From: Patescibacteria group bacterium
GTDB taxonomy: Bacteria; Patescibacteriota; Minisyncoccia; Ryanbacterales; GWA2-47-10b
Assembly (NCBI GenBank): GCA_038064855.1
Contig: JBBTSE010000007.1
Span: forward strand, 18,079 to 82,078
DNA: 64,000 bases
Direction of reading: 5' to 3'
The notes under the pieces are model-generated. The model was given only the letters and a program-made list of their open reading frames with translations. It made no database searches and was not told the DNA's origin. Every line of letters begins with the position of its first letter. Position 1 is the stretch's first letter. This document shows positions 56,535 through 64,000 of the stretch, one piece after another. Position numbers and translations under genes: made by a program.

Positions 56535-57983
56535 ATGAAAAAAATATTTATTATCGTAGCGATGGGGGTACTCGTTGTACCCTTAATATCATTTGTCTCG
56601 GCAAGAACCGCAGATGAAATTCGTGCTGAGATTAAGGAGATCGAGACAAAGCTAATGACATTGCGCAAAGAGCTCGCGAGCGTCGAGGGGCAGGGCAATG
56701 TATGGTGCTATAGCTTTGAACAAAACTTACGCATCGGAGATAAGAATAATGCTACGATGGAGCTCAAAGAAGTATTGCGCCGCGAAGGCATCTATACACG
56801 AAGAGACGCGAGCGCCGATTTTGATGAGACGCTTGCCGCAAGTGTAACGGCGTTTCAAGAAAAATATCGTGATGACATCTTGCGCCCCGTAGGGCTCTCA
56901 AACGGTACTGGATATGTAGGCAAAGGTACCCGCGCAAAACTCAACGCGCTCTATGGGTGTACGCGCCCACCAGTGACCGGGCAAAATATCGATGTCAAAA
57001 CGCCTGCAGTCTTTACGATTACACCCAATACCACTGCGCGCGTAGTTAACTATCAAAATATGACGATTACTCTTAAACATATCTCGCTTACCAAAATCGT
57101 GTGTATCACGACACCGTGTATTTCACCGATATTTGCTCAGATTGAGGTTGCAACGCCGGGTGGATGTGGGATAGATGCTGATCCGCGTTGCTTGGGCGCG
57201 CCAAGTTTTCGTCAGGAGTATACAATGGCGCGTGGCCAGACTATTGATGTGATGGGTTTGCCAATCACACTCTCTGAGATCAGTGAGAGTAAGGCAACAT
57301 TTAAAATAGGAAAAGAAGACTCAACTACCAATCAGCCGCCCGTTATCAAAAGCGTCAAAGGTCCTACACAGCTTAGTGTCGGCGAAGTGGGCGGATGGAT
57401 AATCGAGGCATACGATCCTGAGCGCGCGAGCTTGCGTTACTCAGTGATGTGGGGTGATGAGAATAATTATGCGAGTCCTTCAGATATTTCTGGCCGAGAA
57501 GGGGGTGCTACTAACGCGCAGACGACAACCTTTACTCATTCATATGCTCGAGCGGGGGCCTATACGATACGCTTTGTCGTGAGTGACAACGCAGGGCAAG
57601 AGGCAAAATCAAGCATGACTATTCAGGTGGGCGAGAAAATCGCCAACGGGTCTTTGTATTTTCGACCGGACTCGATGAATCTTAGAGTGGGTCAGACACA
57701 GGGGGTTGCGGCATATTTTCAGCCCGCGATGCCGTCCTGTCCTACTGGTATGGCGTGTGCACAAGTAATGCCCGCCTCTTATCGCGTAGACGCAAGATTT
57801 AGTGTCGAGAACTCTAGTATCATAGGGTTTCAATATGCGATGCCAGGGTGCATGGCTCCCGAATCGGTTTATAGTTACTGTGGCACCTATGTCATCGCAG
57901 AAGGTAAGCAAGTCGGATCAACAAAAATACTGGCAAGTTGGAATGGCTTTACTGCAACCATGCCCGTGAGCGTCTCACAATAG
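56535..57983 (+). CDS. Secreted peptidoglycan-binding plus PKD-domain protein
   Basis: NLRIGD...AFQEKY...TGYVGKGTRAKLN; WGDE...FTHSY..AGAYTI; Cys motifs CITTPC and CAQVMP. Confidence 0.85.
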   Translation: MKKIFIIVAMGVLVVPLISFVSARTADEIRAEIKEIETKLMTLRKELASVEGQGNVWCYSFEQNLRIGDKNNATMELKEVLRREGIYTRRDASADFDETLAASVTAFQEKYRDDILRPVGLSNGTGYVGKGTRAKLNALYGCTRPPVTGQNIDVKTPAVFTITPNTTARVVNYQNMTITLKHISLTKIVCITTPCISPIFAQIEVATPGGCGIDADPRCLGAPSFRQEYTMARGQTIDVMGLPITLSEISESKATFKIGKEDSTTNQPPVIKSVKGPTQLSVGEVGGWIIEAYDPERASLRYSVMWGDENNYASPSDISGREGGATNAQTTTFTHSYARAGAYTIRFVVSDNAGQEAKSSMTIQVGEKIANGSLYFRPDSMNLRVGQTQGVAAYFQPAMPSCPTGMACAQVMPASYRVDARFSVENSSIIGFQYAMPGCMAPESVYSYCGTYVIAEGKQVGSTKILASWNGFTATMPVSVSQ

Positions 57984-57984
57984 A

Positions 57985-58911
57985 TTATAGAAGTTTTAGA
58001 TTCGCGGTGTCCTCGCGCAGTCCCGCGAGAAACGCACTACCAGCCATCGGCTTACTGCCCGATGGCTGTATTGTTTTGAGGTGTATCAAAAAATCTTGTG
58101 CTACGGCGTAGACCTGTTTGTCACGAGTGACCAGATCGCCCGGCGTTTCATTTTCAGTCCGCGGTATGTCAGTAATTAAGGCTTCTAGTATTTTAAAATT
58201 TTTTCCGCCAAGTATGTTCCAGCATGTTGGCCATGCCTTGTACGCGCGGACGGCGTTGATAATGTTTTGTGCGGGCTGGTTCCAATCGATATGTCCCGAT
58301 TCTTTAGTGAGCATTTTGGTGAAAGTCGCAGCTGTATGATTTTGCTCACGCGCTTGTATCGTGCCTTTAATCCAAAGGGGGATAGCACACACCAAAAGAT
58401 CGGCGCTTCTCTGCGCGAGTTTTTCTTCGAGCGTGAGCGCATCATCAGTGTCATCTATAGCTACTTGTTCTTGGGCTATGAGAGGGCCATGATCAACCTC
58501 TTTATCGGTGAGCATGATGGTAATGCCTGTAGTATCGTCACCGTTAGCAAGTGCCGTTTGTATGGGTGTCGGGCCGCGGTAGTGCGGTAAGAGTGAAGGA
58601 TGCACATTGAGCGTTCCATGCGTGGGAATATCCAAAATATCATTTGGTATGATATGTCCGTATGAAGCGATAATACCAAGATCGCACGCAGGGACATCAT
58701 TGTTTGCTACGCGTTTTGCTTGCACAAGAGGGATTGCGCGATCTTTCGCGTAGAGTGCTACTGGGGGAGCGGTGAGTGCGTGTCCTCGTCCGCTCGGTTC
58801 ATCAGGACTTGCGATAACTGCGACGATATCAAAATCTGCGCGCACGAGCGCGTCGAGTATCGTCACCGAAAAAGCACTATTGCCAAAAAATACTACGCGA
58901 GTTTTTTTCAT
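57985..58911 (-). CDS. fmt: Methionyl-tRNA formyltransferase
   Basis: FFGN..FS, PD.PSGRG, NVHPSLLP.YRGPTP, TGITI, DHGP. Confidence 0.96.
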   Translation of the reverse strand: MKKTRVVFFGNSAFSVTILDALVRADFDIVAVIASPDEPSGRGHALTAPPVALYAKDRAIPLVQAKRVANNDVPACDLGIIASYGHIIPNDILDIPTHGTLNVHPSLLPHYRGPTPIQTALANGDDTTGITIMLTDKEVDHGPLIAQEQVAIDDTDDALTLEEKLAQRSADLLVCAIPLWIKGTIQAREQNHTAATFTKMLTKESGHIDWNQPAQNIINAVRAYKAWPTCWNILGGKNFKILEALITDIPRTENETPGDLVTRDKQVYAVAQDFLIHLKTIQPSGSKPMAGSAFLAGLREDTANLKLL

Positions 58912-59450
58912 TTAGTGTCTTTAATCTTGGTGATCTTGGTAGCGTGATCGATAAAGAGCGTACCACCAAGGTGGTCAATCTCATGTTGCAAGAGGCGAGC
59001 AAAGAGCTTGGTAGCACCTCGCTCAAATGCTTTGCCGGTTTCGTCATATGCCCGTACGCGTATTTTTTCCGCGCGGGGCACAATGCCGTAAGTCTTCGGG
59101 ATACTCAAGCATCCCTCGGTGCCTGCTACTTTTTTTGAAGCGATTTTAAGAATCGTAGGATTGATAAATATGACATATTTCCAACTTTTTTTCTTTGCCT
59201 TTTCTTCAGTCGCGTCTTTTGGCTCCCAACCTTCATCGATGGCAAGAGCCTCTTCGGACGCAAGAAATATTTGCTTTGAGATGCCTATTTGAGGGGCCGC
59301 AATACCAATGCCGTCAGGCGTTTTGCGCAGCGTTCCTGACATATCACGAAGAATGCTCGCAAGTTCGGGCGAACCAAATTCTTCTTTGGCTACAGGTTTC
59401 GCCGTCCTGCGCAGTATCGTATTGGGTAGAGTGACGATGAGTGAGGTCAT
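58908..59450 (-). CDS. def: Peptide deformylase
   Basis: GIGIAAPQIG, EGCLS, QHEIDHL. Confidence 0.97.
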   Translation of the reverse strand: MTSLIVTLPNTILRRTAKPVAKEEFGSPELASILRDMSGTLRKTPDGIGIAAPQIGISKQIFLASEEALAIDEGWEPKDATEEKAKKKSWKYVIFINPTILKIASKKVAGTEGCLSIPKTYGIVPRAEKIRVRAYDETGKAFERGATKLFARLLQHEIDHLGGTLFIDHATKITKIKDTK

Positions 59451-59457
59451 GGCATTA

Positions 59458-61311
59458 CTATAAGATATTTTCTGGATCGACGACAATGTCCCACTGGTCC
59501 GCATGGGTAGCAAGAATACCTTTGAGGTCTTCGGCGTTTTCTGTCCATTGGTGCTCATTGATACTAATAAGAAGGTGATGGCGAGAGGTATCGTTGAATG
59601 CCGCGTAGCTTGAGACATATTCGGCGTGCCCGGAGATAAGACTTTCGAGTTCTTTTACTTTTGCATCACGACGATCTCGTTGTGCATCGTGCAAGGTTGC
59701 TTTGATAAAAAGTACCGCGGGTGGCAATTGGGCTTGTACGCGCTCCATGCATTCTGTTTGCAGAAAACCCTTGGTATCTTGGCGTATAAAGTGCCCAAAG
59801 AGTTGATGGAGAGGGAATCGTGTTTGTACCCAGATAAATGATTCCGATACTTTGCCCGAGAGTTTAAGCAGTATGGAGAGCACGCGTTCGTTGATTCTGA
59901 AATCAGGTATTGAGAATAGGTTGTCAAGGTTCACCACGGCGCCGTGAGATGCCATGAGGCGCGGTTCTTCAAGTAATGCGTCAGTACCTATCAAAATACC
60001 ATTAGACGACGCAAGAAATTGAGTTATAATTTTTTCCCGTGTAGTTTTGTTTGGTGCCACAGTATCATCATAGATCCAGAATGGTCGAACAACTCCAAGC
60101 GCCTTAAGCTCTTCGGCTACGCGTTGCGTGCCTATACCATATCCACGGAGATTCCACCCCTTACAGTTGGGGCAGGGAATTTCAGGCGGCAGTTCACGCT
60201 CACATCGGTGACAGTGATACAGGCGTTTCCCACTATCGTGCATGACCAGAGGAACTTGGCATCCAGGGCAGACAAGGAGTGTACTGCAATCGCTACATAT
60301 AATGAAAGTATAAAATCCTTTTCGTGTGGTAAATAAAAGCGTTCGCTCAGTTTGGGTGGTCAGGAGCGCCAAAAGCTCGCCAGAGATGATCGGATTTTTT
60401 TGTTGACGCATGTCAATGAGAGCACCTGGTGCGTGTGGTTTGATGCGTGACGAAAGGTATTGGAGCTGTCGTTCATCTTTTAAATCTCGCATACTTGGCA
60501 GCATCTTTCCTTCGATACATTTTGCACGGATATGTTGCGCAAAGAGAGTCAATGCTTTAGCAGTATGAATGCGCGGGCGTTCCTTACGCGAGTAGTGAGG
60601 GGAGTCGGAATCTTCAATGATGATGATATCTTCAAATCCAGAAAGAAGACCAAGTGCGAGAGGGGAGGCGATGACGAGTGATGGAGATGTTTTTGCAACA
60701 ATGCGTTCACACGCGAGACGCGTTTGTTTCGGTGTAAGTGATCCATGAAGAACGACAAGATTGAGTGGTAAGTGAGAGAGCGATGAGGCGATGTATTCTA
60801 GTACCGCGAGCGTTGGGGCGAAAATAATGATTGATTGTTTTTTCGCGTATGCTTCCCGAACAGCAGTTGAGTAATACGCGATGCGTTCAGCGAACGATCC
60901 CAAGACGATCGTAGGGTGTTGATGCTGGAGTACTTGAGGAGGGATTTCAAGCGCGCGCGTTACGGGCGGCGTGTTCAGAAAAAAAGTAGGGAAAAAAAGT
61001 TTTACGATTTGCCCGACCGGCTCTTGGTAGTAGTTTGCAAGATCGCGTGCGATGGAGACCAGAGAAGGATGTATAATGTTATTTGATGCAAAAATTTTAT
61101 GAATACGCTTGAGCGCAAATGCTCCTTTTTTGATCGCAATCTTTTTTTCCGAGAGCGGTTCGCTCGCGAGTACCATTGCGGGTATGATGCGCTTCTGAAA
61201 TGGCACCAACACGAGAGTGCCAGAGGCAATAGTCTCTTTTGCAAAATAACTTAAAGCACCCGCATACTTTCGCGGTAATGGTACGAGGGGGCTCACAGAA
61301 ACAATGTGCAT
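59458..61311 (-). CDS. priA: Primosomal protein N' with degenerate helicase motifs
   Basis: G.LV.VPF 3'-DNA-binding domain, four CxxC pairs, GIGTQRV, QT..P, LPP, DP end; next to def/fmt. Confidence 0.88.
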   Translation of the reverse strand: MHIVSVSPLVPLPRKYAGALSYFAKETIASGTLVLVPFQKRIIPAMVLASEPLSEKKIAIKKGAFALKRIHKIFASNNIIHPSLVSIARDLANYYQEPVGQIVKLFFPTFFLNTPPVTRALEIPPQVLQHQHPTIVLGSFAERIAYYSTAVREAYAKKQSIIIFAPTLAVLEYIASSLSHLPLNLVVLHGSLTPKQTRLACERIVAKTSPSLVIASPLALGLLSGFEDIIIIEDSDSPHYSRKERPRIHTAKALTLFAQHIRAKCIEGKMLPSMRDLKDERQLQYLSSRIKPHAPGALIDMRQQKNPIISGELLALLTTQTERTLLFTTRKGFYTFIICSDCSTLLVCPGCQVPLVMHDSGKRLYHCHRCERELPPEIPCPNCKGWNLRGYGIGTQRVAEELKALGVVRPFWIYDDTVAPNKTTREKIITQFLASSNGILIGTDALLEEPRLMASHGAVVNLDNLFSIPDFRINERVLSILLKLSGKVSESFIWVQTRFPLHQLFGHFIRQDTKGFLQTECMERVQAQLPPAVLFIKATLHDAQRDRRDAKVKELESLISGHAEYVSSYAAFNDTSRHHLLISINEHQWTENAEDLKGILATHADQWDIVVDPENIL

Positions 61312-61363
61312 TTGTTCATTGTAGGGGTCTTGCAAGGATTCTCACAAGTCCTACCATAGGGGT

Positions 61364-61858
61364 ATGAAGTACGCGATACTTTTTGCCAAAATATTTATTT
61401 TTGCGCTTTTTATTAGTATTATGACGCGGTATATAGCCGTACAGCCATTTGTGGTTGCTGATAATGCTATGGCGCCTGAGTTTTATAAAGGAGATGTATT
61501 GCTGATCAATCGTTTTGCCGCTTTTCATCGCAATACAGTCATTGTGTTTAGGGATAGCTTAAAGAGCGAGCGCTCTTTAAGGCGCATTATTGCCCTACCG
61601 GAAGAGCGTATTACCATCAGTGATGGCATAGTTTCTATAACAGATAAGGACGGAGATACAGCTATCAAGGAATTGCCGCTCTTTGGTACGGTTACATTGA
61701 CTCTGCCAGGCGTTGGAAAAATCGATGCGCATGAGGTATTTGTGATGCCAGATCATGCTACACAAGACTTTTATGGTCTTATCGATACGCGCCATATTAT
61801 TGGTGCACCAATAGCGAGAATCTATCCATTTTCTCGGATAGCTTTTTTTAATAATTAG
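61364..61858 (+). CDS. Signal peptidase I-like protein with catalytic residues apparently lost
   Basis: QPFVVADNAMAP...GD.LLI, LRRIIALP.E, VFVMPD...YG.I...IIG...RIYP. Confidence 0.75.
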   Translation: MKYAILFAKIFIFALFISIMTRYIAVQPFVVADNAMAPEFYKGDVLLINRFAAFHRNTVIVFRDSLKSERSLRRIIALPEERITISDGIVSITDKDGDTAIKELPLFGTVTLTLPGVGKIDAHEVFVMPDHATQDFYGLIDTRHIIGAPIARIYPFSRIAFFNN

Positions 61859-62066
61859 TAATGTTTGTATAGTAAGGTTAGTAATGTTTATATAATCTCT
61901 ATCAATGTTTTAAGAAAAAATATGAATACAATAAGAAGTCACCAGAGGGCATAAAAGGACTCCAGAGCGATCAAAACATTTTTCTAAAGTATTATTCTTT
62001 CCACAAGGATTTGCTAAAAAGGGAGATTTATCGCTATCTCCTTTTTTTCTTTCATTTACAATATAA

Positions 62067-64000
<1,934 letters not shown>

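Overview
Bacterial chromosome segment read in genetic code 11. Gene content and style (Gmad2, DUF3105, minimal ATP synthase delta/epsilon, degenerate PriA, HTH-led giant surface protein) suggest a Patescibacteria/CPR genome, probably Parcubacteria; this is inference. Housekeeping content: ECF sigma module, rsmE, queA, tgt, ABC-2 transporter, complete F1Fo ATP synthase operon plus SulP, dacA-ybbR fusion, pepA, lexA with an upstream palindromic operator, bcp, uppP, a copper cluster (ccdA fusion, copZ, copA, cupredoxin, doxX), fmt, def and priA. The standout is a ~9 kb locus (35.9-44.9 kb) of secreted paralogues that share an AFEAHVINVTAKIE N-terminal strand and a Cys-rich domain. It also encodes a SipW-type signal peptidase, a membrane-anchored Ig-like protein and adhesin-bearing variants (vWA, SdrD-B/lamin-tail, beta-helix), and is preceded by a ~180-nt structured RNA. 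I interpret it as a candidate TasA/archaeal-bundling-pilus-like donor-strand filament system. Also found: several small membrane-peptide genes below the ORF-track cutoff, a beta-carbonic-anhydrase-like orphan next to SulP, three apparent pseudo-enzymes, and two distinct translation-initiation styles. No rRNA, tRNA, CRISPR array, integrase, transposase or reverse transcriptase was recognised. All family assignments come from motif recognition by eye, not database searches.
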